Positions 19,627-29,053 of a stretch of DNA of 64,000 bases are shown here, one piece after another. Location: NCBI GenBank assembly GCA_018266835.1, contig JAFDZP010000002.1:779302-843301 (forward strand). The letters run 5' to 3'. A model generated the notes under the pieces. The model saw only the letters and a program-made list of their open reading frames with translations. It searched no databases and was not told where the DNA came from. Positions within the stretch are counted from its first letter, which is position 1. Each line of letters starts with the position of its first letter. The position numbers and the translations under genes are program-made. The stretch comes from Bacteroidota bacterium. Lineage in GTDB: Bacteria > Bacteroidota > Ignavibacteria > Tepidaquicellales > Tepidaquicellaceae.

Positions 19627-20154
19627 TTAAAAACTCCAATAATACCAATTATCACTTAATTTTGTCCTGTGATAATCTGGTTCGTTATACCATTTTGACG
19701 TATTTCTTTCATCGTATATAACACCGTATCTTCCACTTGAGATGCCAAAGGATATACTTACGTCATCATGCACAAAAAAATCATCTATTTTTATTTTCTC
19801 CATTCTGGTCCGGAATTTTTCAAAAGTGCTTTGCTGAATATCCAAATTTTTTAATAAGTCCTCAATATAATATACTTGTCTACCCTTTCCTGATGTGTCT
19901 GCCTGCTCTTTTTTAAAAGTATAATGTTTATCATTTAACGTATTTCCTGTTTTATTCTTTGTCATTCCATAAATTTTCTTGTAATTTTTTATTTCTGTCA
20001 CAAATTCATTTAATGATTTTTCGTTCTCTCTAAAAAAGCTAAGATAAAAAGGTTCTCTGATTTTAAAATATAAAAATAAAATTATTGCCAGTGATATTGT
20101 AAAAATTACCAGAGTAATATATAATTTATTTCTCTTTTTCATTTCTTCTCCCAC
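19627..20154 (-). CDS. Hypothetical membrane-anchored protein (1 TM). Paralog of the 18747-19448 gene.
   Basis: Shared sequence blocks with the upstream neighbour. Overlaps the GNAT gene by 16 nt. Confidence 0.5.
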   Translation of the reverse strand: MGEEMKKRNKLYITLVIFTISLAIILFLYFKIREPFYLSFFRENEKSLNEFVTEIKNYKKIYGMTKNKTGNTLNDKHYTFKKEQADTSGKGRQVYYIEDLLKNLDIQQSTFEKFRTRMEKIKIDDFFVHDDVSISFGISSGRYGVIYDERNTSKWYNEPDYHRTKLSDNWYYWSF

Positions 20155-20591
20155 TTTAAAGAAATTCCTTCAGCTTCGTATTGCTCTGCGTCAATCATCG
20201 AACCCTTGAAAGTCCGCTCTTCTTTAAATCCCATTTTTTTATAAAGCTCCAATGCGGCAATATTATTTTTTAAAACGGCAATTCTTAAATCACCTTCAGC
20301 TTTTTCCAATACGTATTCTATTAATATCCTTCCTATTCCTTTTCTGTAATGAGCAGGAGACACATAAAGCCAGTCAATTGTTTTTTTGTTGAAGCCGATA
20401 AATCCCGCAACTTCACCTTCAATTTCAGCAACTAAGATTTCTCCTCCAAATAATCCTTCTGCAAAAGCAGCTTTCTCTAATGGAATGAATGCATTTAAAT
20501 CAACAGTTCCGCTCAGCTCATCTAATCGGGCTTCATCATGAATTTTTGAAATTGCCTGCCAGTCGCTCGTTTTATATTTTCGAATTTTCAT
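20139..20591 (-). CDS. GNAT-family N-acetyltransferase
   Basis: 150 aa; acetyl-CoA binding region R.GIGR.L; GNAT fold pattern. Confidence 0.75.
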   Translation of the reverse strand: MKIRKYKTSDWQAISKIHDEARLDELSGTVDLNAFIPLEKAAFAEGLFGGEILVAEIEGEVAGFIGFNKKTIDWLYVSPAHYRKGIGRILIEYVLEKAEGDLRIAVLKNNIAALELYKKMGFKEERTFKGSMIDAEQYEAEGISLKWEKK

Positions 20592-20727
20592 GTAGTATAA
20601 AGTAGTAAGTATAATGTTGAAAGAAAAAGTCGCATTATTGTCACATTTTATTTTTTTTATGTTGTAAAAACAATCTTTTTAAATTTTTATTTTTCAAAAA
20701 TCGGGAAATAATCGGATTTTGTTCTCT

Positions 20728-21120
20728 GACCTGACAGTTCGCCATGGCTAATTAATCCTGTCAGGTCTAGCTATAGTCACATTAATGTAACATTTTTTTG
20801 ATACCGCCCCCTTAATCCCCCTCCTTGTAAAGGAGGGGAAACTTAATTTCAAAAAAGTCGGGAAATAGTCGGATATTATTATTCCTTATTCTCTATTAAT
20901 TATTCATTCGTTAAATTAGTCGGAAAATAGTCGGGTTTTATTTTGTCAAGATTTTAAAAACAATTCAGCATAAATTTTTTCTGATTCTTGATGAATTTTT
21001 GACGGATTTCTGCAAAATAAAAAGCCATCATTGTACTAACTTTACGAATGTCACATTATGTAACATTTTCATTTTGTTTTAAAACCTGGCAGGATTAAAT
21101 CCGCCATGGCGGACTGTCAG
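20728..21120. repeat. MITE-like structured element. Its ends are hairpins that are inverted copies of one another (20728-20767 gacctgacag[ttcgccatggctaattaatc]ctgtcaggtc; 21086-21120 ctggcag[gattaaatccgccatggcgga]ctgtcag). It has internal 18-bp direct repeats, tcacatta(a)tgtaacatttt boxes at 20777 and 21051, and an embedded REP-like hairpin.
   Basis: Read directly. The loop of the right hairpin is the reverse complement of the left loop (gattaattagccatggcgaa versus gattaaatccgccatggcgga). Direct repeats (a/g)tcgg(g)aaata(a/g)tcgg(a/g)t sit at 20700, 20857 and 20919. No ORF is present. Confidence 0.5.
20800..20848. repeat. REP-like GC-rich hairpin element (gataccgcccccttaatccccctccttgtaaaggagggg)
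   Basis: Near-identical to 63550-63588 and related to 1626-1660, 63463-63508 and 63646-63679. Confidence 0.7.
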
Positions 21121-21231
21121 ATTAATTTGCACTCTTAATATACTAAACTCAAAAAAATTTTCAAACAAAGTTTTCCCTATTAGTAGTAATAGGATTTTTT
21201 TATTTTTACATAATAAAATCTCTCAAAACGA

Positions 21232-23007
21232 ATGATGAAAAATATTCTGCTGTTCTTCATATCTCTGACTTTTACTGTTTCCATATACTCCCAGGAAAAA
21301 CCAAATACAAAATACTGGATTTATTTTAAAGATAAGGGCAAATTTACCACGGGAAAAGTAACTCCGGGCAGCGCTGCTTATGAAGCAGGTAAATCTCTTC
21401 TGACCGAAAAAGCAATTAAGAGAAGACTTAAAGTTTTATCTGAAGAAAGCCTGATTGACTTCGGTGACCTTCCCTTAGAAGAAAAATACATAAACGGAAT
21501 AACAAAGTTAAATATAAATCTCGTTGCAAAGTCACGCTGGCTTAACGGAGTTTCTGCATATCTCACTCCTTCACAGGTGAAAAAAATAAAAGAATTAAAT
21601 TTTGTCTCTGAAGTAACTTCGGTAAGAAAACTTAACAAGCAGGAATTTATAAATCCTATTGACCTCTCTTTTAATGAAGATAATTTTTTTCTGCCTCAGG
21701 AAACTCACAAATTAGATTACGGAAAATCACTTAAGCAGTTAGAGCTTGTGAATGTACCTAAGGTACATGATTTAAATATTACGGGCAAAGGTGTCTTCCT
21801 CGCAAATATAGATGACGGATTTGAGTGGAGAAGTCACCAGGCACTGAATACACTTTCTGTATTAGGCGAGCACGACTTTGTGAATGACGACGATAACACT
21901 TTTAAAGAAGAGCGTAACAAATTTAATGAAGGTTTTTCACAGGGAGACCACGGCACTGCAACGCTTTCATGCATGAGCGCAAGAAAAGACGGTAAGCTTT
22001 ATGGACCTTCATTTGATGCAGATATTTTACTCGCTAAGACTGAATTCGTTGCAAGCGAAACTCCTATGGAAGAAGATTTCTGGCTGGAAGCTGCAGAGTG
22101 GGTTGAGTCACAGGGAGTTGATGTAGTAACAAGCTCTCTTAACTATCGCATCTTTGATGCCCCCTACGATTCCAATACATATAAATATACAGATCTTAAC
22201 GGTAACAGAGCTATTTGTACAATCGCTGCAGACAGATGCGCATACCTCGGAATAGTTGTTTGCAATTCAATGGGAAATTATTATCAGACAGATGTTCCTT
22301 CTATTACAACTCCCGCTGATGCTGATTCAATTATTTCTGTTGGTGCGATAAGTCCTAATGGAAAAATTGCAGGCTTCAGTTCTAACGGACCGACAGCCGA
22401 CGGAAGAACAAAACCCGACGTAGTTGCTCCCGGTGTTGATGTATGGGTAGCTGTTTCAAAAAACAGTTCAGGTAATGACAGTACATATAAATTCGGAAAC
22501 GGTACTTCATTCGCTACTCCTATAACTGCAGGTGTTTGCGGACTGATTTTATCAGCGCACCCTGAGTTAACTCCGTTGCAGGTACGGGAAGCATTGAGAA
22601 ATACAGCGAATAATTCTGCCACGCCGAACAATGTTTACGGCTGGGGATTGATAAATGCTTATGATGCTATTTTATACTGGGGACCTGTGTGGAGTAATGA
22701 ACCGGAAGTTGAATATAAAAATGGAGGAATGTATATAAGGACTTATTTAGTTTCAAAAGACGTAATAGACACCAGCAAAGTTATTTTTGCCTATAATTTT
22801 GAAACGAATAACTTCATAGATTATAATATGAAATTGATTGAGAATTTAAATGATGGTAACTATTCAGGCAGATACGAAGTATTTATTAAAGATATTAATA
22901 CGAATGATAATTCCGGTAAATATCAATTTATTACCGAAACAACAAATGACAAAATAATTTGGGATAACAGTAATGGAAATCCTCAAATAAGAAAAATAAA
23001 AAAGTAG
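21232..23007 (+). CDS. Secreted subtilisin-like serine peptidase (S8 family)
   Basis: Signal peptide; Asp (NIDDGFE), His (HGTATLS) and Ser (GTSFATP) catalytic triad motifs in S8 order. Confidence 0.8.
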   Translation: MMKNILLFFISLTFTVSIYSQEKPNTKYWIYFKDKGKFTTGKVTPGSAAYEAGKSLLTEKAIKRRLKVLSEESLIDFGDLPLEEKYINGITKLNINLVAKSRWLNGVSAYLTPSQVKKIKELNFVSEVTSVRKLNKQEFINPIDLSFNEDNFFLPQETHKLDYGKSLKQLELVNVPKVHDLNITGKGVFLANIDDGFEWRSHQALNTLSVLGEHDFVNDDDNTFKEERNKFNEGFSQGDHGTATLSCMSARKDGKLYGPSFDADILLAKTEFVASETPMEEDFWLEAAEWVESQGVDVVTSSLNYRIFDAPYDSNTYKYTDLNGNRAICTIAADRCAYLGIVVCNSMGNYYQTDVPSITTPADADSIISVGAISPNGKIAGFSSNGPTADGRTKPDVVAPGVDVWVAVSKNSSGNDSTYKFGNGTSFATPITAGVCGLILSAHPELTPLQVREALRNTANNSATPNNVYGWGLINAYDAILYWGPVWSNEPEVEYKNGGMYIRTYLVSKDVIDTSKVIFAYNFETNNFIDYNMKLIENLNDGNYSGRYEVFIKDINTNDNSGKYQFITETTNDKIIWDNSNGNPQIRKIKK

Positions 23008-23011
23008 TAGT

Positions 23012-24286
23012 TCAGTTAATTGTTGATATTACCTTCTTGGCTATACCTAAATTATTTTCAAATACTAATTTGCATTTTTCTCCTATAGAATCGCGCAGAT
23101 GTTTATTGGAAAGGATATTCCGGAAATTTTTATAAAAGTCTCGTGAGTCTTCAACTAAAATTCCGCAGCCCGATGAAATTAAAATTTCATCTTCATCGGA
23201 ATTTTTTACTTTATTTGAAAAGAAAACGGGCATGTTAAAAATAGCAGGCTCAAGAATATTGTGAAGTCCCGTCTTATGTCCCCCGCCCACGTAGCTAACA
23301 TAGGCAATTGAATAAAGCGAATAAAGAATTCCGATTGTGTCGACTATAATAATATTCTGATAATAATAATTTTGTAAATGTGAGTAGCGGATAGTTTTTA
23401 AGTTGGGGTAATTTTCAGCAATAAAATTTTCAATAGCTTTTATCTTTGTTTCCTTTGGTTCATGAGGAACGAGGAATGTTAAAAGATTTTCCTCGTAATC
23501 ACTGATTTTATCGAGAACGGGAAGTATAACATCTTCGTCGTCTTTCCAGCTGCTGCCGATTACAAATATTTTTTTATCTTTGGTAATCTTCTCATCGATA
23601 ATTTTTTTCGCCTGAATTTTTTTGGATGATTCGTAAACACGTTCGAACTTGGAATCCCCTACTTTTATTATTTCAGTTTTGTAATCTATTAACTTCTCGT
23701 TGTAATTTTTCTCGTCATATTCGTCTATAACAAAAATCTTATCGAGTTTTCCATATAAGTGTTTTTTGAAAGATACAGCTACCGGCATTTTCCATGTGAT
23801 ATCTTTTTCATCGTAACGGGCATTTACAAGATAAAGCGAAGTGTTTCTTTTTTTTGCTTCATTTATGATGTTTAACCACAGATCATATCTTATAAAAAAT
23901 ATTTTGGAAGGATTTATTTCATCCAGAAATTTTTTTACAGTGGATTTTGTATCGAAAGGAAGATAACATTTTACAATATTTCCCTGAGGAATTTTTGCAT
24001 TCTTATATCCCGATGGAGAGAAAAAAGATAAAACTATATTGTAGTTTTTTTTGACAAGCTCTTCAACAAACGGCAGTGCCTGCTGATATTCTCCCAGCGA
24101 AGCGCAGTGAATTAAAACTGTTTTTTTATTTTTATCGAGGTGGGAAAGTGATTTTTTTAATTCATCAAATATAAGACTTCTTCCTTTAAAACCTTCACGG
24201 ACTTTTTCATTGAAGAGCGAATAGATTTTAAAAAAAATCCATACCAGTGGTAAAAGGAGAATATTATATAGGAGGAGCCAAAACAT
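23012..24286 (-). CDS. waaA: 3-deoxy-D-manno-octulosonic acid (Kdo) transferase
   Basis: N-terminal membrane anchor, the HCASLGEY motif characteristic of KdtA/WaaA, and a GT-B C-terminal domain. Confidence 0.75.
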   Translation of the reverse strand: MFWLLLYNILLLPLVWIFFKIYSLFNEKVREGFKGRSLIFDELKKSLSHLDKNKKTVLIHCASLGEYQQALPFVEELVKKNYNIVLSFFSPSGYKNAKIPQGNIVKCYLPFDTKSTVKKFLDEINPSKIFFIRYDLWLNIINEAKKRNTSLYLVNARYDEKDITWKMPVAVSFKKHLYGKLDKIFVIDEYDEKNYNEKLIDYKTEIIKVGDSKFERVYESSKKIQAKKIIDEKITKDKKIFVIGSSWKDDEDVILPVLDKISDYEENLLTFLVPHEPKETKIKAIENFIAENYPNLKTIRYSHLQNYYYQNIIIVDTIGILYSLYSIAYVSYVGGGHKTGLHNILEPAIFNMPVFFSNKVKNSDEDEILISSGCGILVEDSRDFYKNFRNILSNKHLRDSIGEKCKLVFENNLGIAKKVISTIN

Positions 24287-24360
24287 TAACGTAATTTCAG
24301 ATTTCAGACTTCAATTTTCAAGTGGGATATATTGCCTGTGGGATATTACAGAGAGAATAA

Positions 24361-24393
24361 ACCTCTGATTTTTTGTATTTAAAAAATCAGAGG
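24361..24393 (-). terminator. Hairpin terminator downstream of frr
   Basis: cctctgatttttt-gtattt-aaaaaatcagagg, a perfect 13-bp stem with U-rich flanks. Confidence 0.5.
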
Positions 24394-24411
24394 TGATAAA
24401 ATAAATTAATA

Positions 24412-24969
24412 TTAAACTTCCATTATTTCTTTTTCTTTATGAACCAATAGCTCATCAATTTCTTTAGTATGCTTATCGGTCAACTTCTGCATTTCTGTCT
24501 CTGCATGTTTTCTTTCATCTTCTGAAAAGTGGTCTTCTTTCTCTTTTTTCTTCAGCTCTTCAATTCCGTCTCTTCTTATATTTCTTATTGCTACACGGGA
24601 TTCCTCTGCAAATTTTTTCACCATCTTCACAATTTCTTTTCTGCGTTCTTCGTTTAAGGCAGGAATTGGTACACGTATAACATTACCGTCATTCGATGGA
24701 TTCAATCCAAGGTCAGATGTTAAAATAGCTTTTTCAATTAAACCCATTATTGATTTATCCCAAGGCTGAATAGTAATTGTATGGTAATCAGGTGTACTGA
24801 TATTTCCAACTTGTGAAATAGGAGTAGGTGTGCCGTAGTAATCTACTTTGACCCCGTCGAGAAGATTTGTTGTTGCTTTGCCGGTTCTTATCTTTGCAAA
24901 TTCATGTCTTGCATGGTCAACCGCCTTCGTCATTTTATCCTGATGGCTTTTTAATATTTCCTTTATCAT
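24412..24969 (-). CDS. frr: Ribosome recycling factor
   Basis: 185 aa; the MIKEILKSHQDKMTKAV N-terminus is typical of RRF. Confidence 0.9.
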   Translation of the reverse strand: MIKEILKSHQDKMTKAVDHARHEFAKIRTGKATTNLLDGVKVDYYGTPTPISQVGNISTPDYHTITIQPWDKSIMGLIEKAILTSDLGLNPSNDGNVIRVPIPALNEERRKEIVKMVKKFAEESRVAIRNIRRDGIEELKKKEKEDHFSEDERKHAETEMQKLTDKHTKEIDELLVHKEKEIMEV

Positions 24970-25008
24970 TATAGTAAATAGTAAAATTTAAAAATTAAAA
25001 TTTATGAA

Positions 25009-25719
25009 TTACGAAATTAATGTTCCTATGTTTTCACCTGTAACAATTTTTTTCAGATTATCTTTTTTATTCATGTTAAAAACTAATATCGGCAGTTTAT
25101 TTTCAGAGCATAAAGTTATCGCAGTCATATCCATAACTTTTAGGTTCTGCTCAATAACATTTATGTAAGAAAGTTTTTTGTACATTTTCGCCTTTGCATT
25201 TTTTTCAGGGTCGCAGTCATAAACTCCGTCAACTCTTGTTCCCTTGATAATCACATCAGCTTTTATTTCAATAGCTCTTAATGCTGCTGCAGTATCTGTT
25301 GTAAAGTAAGGACTTCCTGTTCCTCCGGAAAATATCACAACTCTTTTCTTTTCCATATGGCGGATTGCGCGGCGCTGTATAAACGGTTCGGCAACTTCAT
25401 CCATTTTTATAGCAGTCATTACACGGGTAAAAATTCCTCTTTTTTCGAGAGCGTTTTGTATAGCAAGCGAGTTAATTATAGTCGCAAGCATTCCCATAGT
25501 GTCGCCGGTTACGCGGTCAACTCCCTGCTGCGATGCAGAAAGCCCGCGGTAAATATTGCCCCCGCCTATTACAATACCGACTTCTATTTTTAACTTTACA
25601 ATTTTTAAAACTTCTTCTGAGAAATGGTCAAGAATTGTGTTATCAATGCCGTAGTTTTTATCTCCCATGAGAGATTCACCGCTTAGCTTGAGTAGAATAC
25701 GTTTGAATTTAGCAGCCAA
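25009..25719 (-). CDS. pyrH: UMP kinase
   Basis: [11 protein letters not shown]-terminal motif; amino-acid kinase fold. Confidence 0.9.
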   Translation of the reverse strand: MAAKFKRILLKLSGESLMGDKNYGIDNTILDHFSEEVLKIVKLKIEVGIVIGGGNIYRGLSASQQGVDRVTGDTMGMLATIINSLAIQNALEKRGIFTRVMTAIKMDEVAEPFIQRRAIRHMEKKRVVIFSGGTGSPYFTTDTAAALRAIEIKADVIIKGTRVDGVYDCDPEKNAKAKMYKKLSYINVIEQNLKVMDMTAITLCSENKLPILVFNMNKKDNLKKIVTGENIGTLIS

Positions 25720-25844
25720 AGTATATTTTTATTTGTTTAATATATTCAGATTGTTTCAAATATTCAGTGTAATTGTTCGTTCCTCGTTGTTAGTTGTCCG
25801 TTCTGATTCAGCTTTTAGAATCGTGGGTACAATAGCGGAATACC

Positions 25845-25879
25845 AACTACTTATTACTCACTACTCACTACTTTATACT
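25845..25879. repeat. Reverse-orientation copy of the GTATAAAGTAGT(A/G)AGTA motif
   Basis: The reverse complement of 25845-25879 reads agtataaagtagtgagtagtgagtaataagtagt. Confidence 0.55.
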
Positions 25880-25892
25880 ATGAAAAGGGCAT

Positions 25893-25927
25893 AAAAAAAC
25901 CTGATCCCGCTTTAGCAGGATCAGGTT
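25893..25927 (-). terminator. Rho-independent terminator after tsf (minus strand)
   Basis: aacctgatcccgct-tt-agcaggatcaggtt stem preceded on the + strand by an A7 run (a U-run on the minus transcript). Confidence 0.65.
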
Positions 25928-25945
25928 CTAATGAGACTTCAGAGA

Positions 25946-26800
25946 TTAACCTCCGAGCTGGAATCTGACCATTTCAACAACGTCAAATTCTTCACCTGAA
26001 GATTTTTTATAATCTTTAATCAGGTCCTGCACTGTTCTGCCGGATTCCTTAATAGACTCCTGCTCAAGCAATGTATTATCCTGATAGAATTTTTCTACTT
26101 TATTAAGAACGATTCTTTCAGCAATGTTTTCTGCTTTGCCTTCGTTCTTTGCAACTGTCATATAAATATCTTTTTCCTTTTCAATCGTCTCTGCGCTGAT
26201 TCCGTTTCTATCGATAGAAAGAGGATTCATTGCAACAACCTGCATTGCTACGCTTTTTGCAAGCGCTTCAGCTGCATCTGTTAATTTTCCTTTTACTGCA
26301 ACCATAGAACCGAGCTTGCTGCCGAAGTGAACATAGTCAGCAACAAATCCGTCAGGAGATTCAACAATTTTAGCTCTTCTTAATTCAGTTTTTTCCGCTA
26401 CTGCAGATACGATTGAATCAAGAGCTTCTTTTACTGTAAGTCCTGCATTTGATTTTGAGTTAAGGATTGTATCAACATCTTCTGATTTTGCATTCAATGC
26501 TGCTTCTGCAGTATCTTCAGCAAACTTCTGGAAGTTATCGCCTTTTGCAACGAAGTCTGTTTCGCAGTTTATTTCAACAATAGCACCGATTTTTTTATCA
26601 GCACTGATTTTTGTTTTTATTGCGCCTTCGTTAGCAACTTTATCTGCTCTTTTCATTGCAGTTGCTGCGCCTTTTTTTCTAAGGAGCTCAATTGCTTTTT
26701 GAATATCACCGTCGGATTCTACCAATGCTTTTTTACAGTCATTGATACCAGCGCCGGTTTTACCGCGTAAGTCTTTTATTAAATCTAAAGTAATTTCCAT
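25946..26800 (-). CDS. tsf: Elongation factor Ts
   Basis: N-terminal UBA-like MEITLDLIKDLRGKTGAGINDCKKAL and EF-Ts dimerisation domains. Confidence 0.9.
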   Translation of the reverse strand: MEITLDLIKDLRGKTGAGINDCKKALVESDGDIQKAIELLRKKGAATAMKRADKVANEGAIKTKISADKKIGAIVEINCETDFVAKGDNFQKFAEDTAEAALNAKSEDVDTILNSKSNAGLTVKEALDSIVSAVAEKTELRRAKIVESPDGFVADYVHFGSKLGSMVAVKGKLTDAAEALAKSVAMQVVAMNPLSIDRNGISAETIEKEKDIYMTVAKNEGKAENIAERIVLNKVEKFYQDNTLLEQESIKESGRTVQDLIKDYKKSSGEEFDVVEMVRFQLGG

Positions 26801-26837
26801 TTGAGTTTTTAGTCTTTTCGTTTTTATTTATAAAATA

Positions 26838-27575
26838 TTATGCTTCCATCTTTTCTTTAAGCTCTTCGCTTTCATCCATAGCTTTTGTCTTTGCAAGTTC
26901 GTTTCCGTCAATGATTGCATCTGCAATTGCGCGTGTGATTATCTCGATAGATTTTACAGCGTCATCGTTTGCAGGGATCGGGAAATCAACTAAATCAGGG
27001 TCGCAGTTTGTATCAACTATTGCGAAGATAGGAATATTTAATTTTCTTGCTTCCTGAATTGCAATGTGTTCTTTCTTAACATCAACTAAGAAAATTGCGC
27101 CCGGAAGTTTTGTCATGTTAGCAATACCGTTTAAAACTTTTTCAAGTTTTTCTCTTTCTCTTGCAAGAACAAGTCTTTCTTTCTTAACGAAATTTTCGAT
27201 TGTTCCGTCCTGTTCCATCTTCTGAATGTTTGTAAGCTTCTTAATGCTTTTTCTTACAGTGTTGAAGTTGGTTAACATTCCGCCAAGCCATCTTTCAGAA
27301 ACATAAAAAGAATCGCTTCTCTCTGCCTGAGCTTTGATGATAGCTTTTGCTTGTTTTTTTGTACCAACGAATAAGAATTTTTTTCCTTGAGATACAACGT
27401 TTGTGATTGCGTTGGTTGCATCTTCAAGAAGTCCTAATGTTTTTTTGAGATCGATAATGTGAATCCCGTTTCTTTCCATGAAGATGTAAGGACGCATTTT
27501 CGGATCCCATCTTCTGGTTAAGTGACCAAAGTGTGAGCCTGCTAAAAGCAAATCTTCTACTTGAACTTTTGCCAT
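26838..27575 (-). CDS. rpsB: 30S ribosomal protein S2. The start is taken at the internal MAKV with AGGAGA RBS; the listed ORF extends a further 28 codons upstream.
   Basis: The [19 protein letters not shown]2 N-terminus is preceded by aggagaaaacttatt. Confidence 0.9.
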   Translation of the reverse strand: MAKVQVEDLLLAGSHFGHLTRRWDPKMRPYIFMERNGIHIIDLKKTLGLLEDATNAITNVVSQGKKFLFVGTKKQAKAIIKAQAERSDSFYVSERWLGGMLTNFNTVRKSIKKLTNIQKMEQDGTIENFVKKERLVLAREREKLEKVLNGIANMTKLPGAIFLVDVKKEHIAIQEARKLNIPIFAIVDTNCDPDLVDFPIPANDDAVKSIEIITRAIADAIIDGNELAKTKAMDESEELKEKMEA

Positions 27576-27841
27576 AATAAGTTTTCTCCTATTAAATAGT
27601 TTAAAATTAATTAAACAAAGCGCAACATTATCCGTGAAATTATTGGTTGGTTCAACCAAGGAAGTTTCTATCAGAGCGTGAACTCCGAAGGATTAGGATT
27701 GGCTTTTGTTAATCTTCTATTTCCGTCATCTTTTATTAAACATCCCGATAATAATCGGGACACGCGTCTAAGAAAATCAGGAAATATGCTTTTTGTTTTA
27801 TAAAAAATCTTTTGTAAGAAATTATTCTTATAAGAGAAATA

Positions 27842-28234
27842 TTATCTCTTAGAGAATTGGAATTTCTTTCTTGCTTTCGGCTGTCCGTATTTCTTTCTTT
27901 CAACTGCACGCGGGTCTCTTGTAAGCAAGCTGTCAACTTTTAACATCGCTCTGTATTCAGGGTTGATGTTAACAAGCGCTCTTGCAATACCGAGCTTTAT
28001 TGCGCCTACCTGACCTGTGAAACCGCCGCCGTCAACGTTTACGAGGATATCGTAAGTGCCGAATGTGTTGGTTTTTTTCAAAGGTAATAATATTTCCTGA
28101 AAACAATTTTCAGTTGCGAAATATTTTTCACCTTCGCGGTCATTGATTGTGATTTTTCCGTTTCCGTTTCTCAAAATCACTCTTGCGGTTGAAGTTTTTC
28201 TTCTGCCTACTGCAATATGTTCTTGTAAAGCCAT
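27842..28234 (-). CDS. rpsI: 30S ribosomal protein S9
   Basis: 130 aa ending ...GQPKARKKFQFSKR. Confidence 0.9.
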   Translation of the reverse strand: MALQEHIAVGRRKTSTARVILRNGNGKITINDREGEKYFATENCFQEILLPLKKTNTFGTYDILVNVDGGGFTGQVGAIKLGIARALVNINPEYRAMLKVDSLLTRDPRAVERKKYGQPKARKKFQFSKR

Positions 28235-28253
28235 TTAGTAAATGTGTTTAAAA

Positions 28254-28709
28254 TTATAGACTCAATTCGACAGGATTCTGTGCACCGTGCGGATGCTCTT
28301 CACCTACGTAAACTTTTAATTTGTGGATAAGCTTGTTGCCTAATCTTGTTTTAGGTAACATTCTTTTAACAGCATACTCAATAATTCTCTCTGGATGCTT
28401 GGCTCTCATTTCTTTATAAGAAGTGATTGTCTGTCCACCCGGATATAATGAGTGTCTTTTGTAATCTTTTAATTCTTCTCTTTTAACGTTGATCTTAACT
28501 TTTTCGGCGTTGATAACGATAACCCAGTCACCTGAATCGGAATTCGGAGTGAACTTCGGATTGTATTTACCTCTGATTCTCTTAGCGATTTCAGATGCAG
28601 CCCTTCCGAGAATCTTATCTTTTAAATCAACAACATACCAATTGCCGGCATTTTCCTGCGCAGTAGCAAATTTAGTCGTTCTGATAGAATTTTTAATAGC
28701 GTCTTTCAT
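28254..28709 (-). CDS. rplM: 50S ribosomal protein L13
   Basis: 151 aa with a conserved L13 N-terminus. Lies immediately upstream of rpsI, as in other bacteria. Confidence 0.9.
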   Translation of the reverse strand: MKDAIKNSIRTTKFATAQENAGNWYVVDLKDKILGRAASEIAKRIRGKYNPKFTPNSDSGDWVIVINAEKVKINVKREELKDYKRHSLYPGGQTITSYKEMRAKHPERIIEYAVKRMLPKTRLGNKLIHKLKVYVGEEHPHGAQNPVELSL

Positions 28710-29053
28710 TGCAATAACTCTAAAAATTTCGTAATCCTAAAATTACTAATAAAGGCTTAGAAAGTCAATGAACAATGAAGTCAATTTTAACACTTGCACT
28801 CTAAAGCTGAATTTATATATATTGTAATTATCAGTATAAATAATTATTTAGAATATTATGAAAAAAAGAATCGAAAAATTGAAACTAAATAAAGACTTTT
28901 TTAGTATTTTATTATAACATCTGCATTACGGGTTTTTACGTAGAAAATAATATTATCCTATATCCTGTCCTCATTCCGCTAAATAGGATGAAATTTCGAA
29001 TAAATTATCCCCCTTATTTATTCAAAAATACATTTATACATTAACTAAGCTGA

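Noticed and set aside
26838-27659. Extended rpsB ORF start at 27659
   Set aside because: The universal S2 N-terminus MAKV begins at 27575 and is preceded by AGGAGA. The 28 extra codons are unconserved and hydrophobic.
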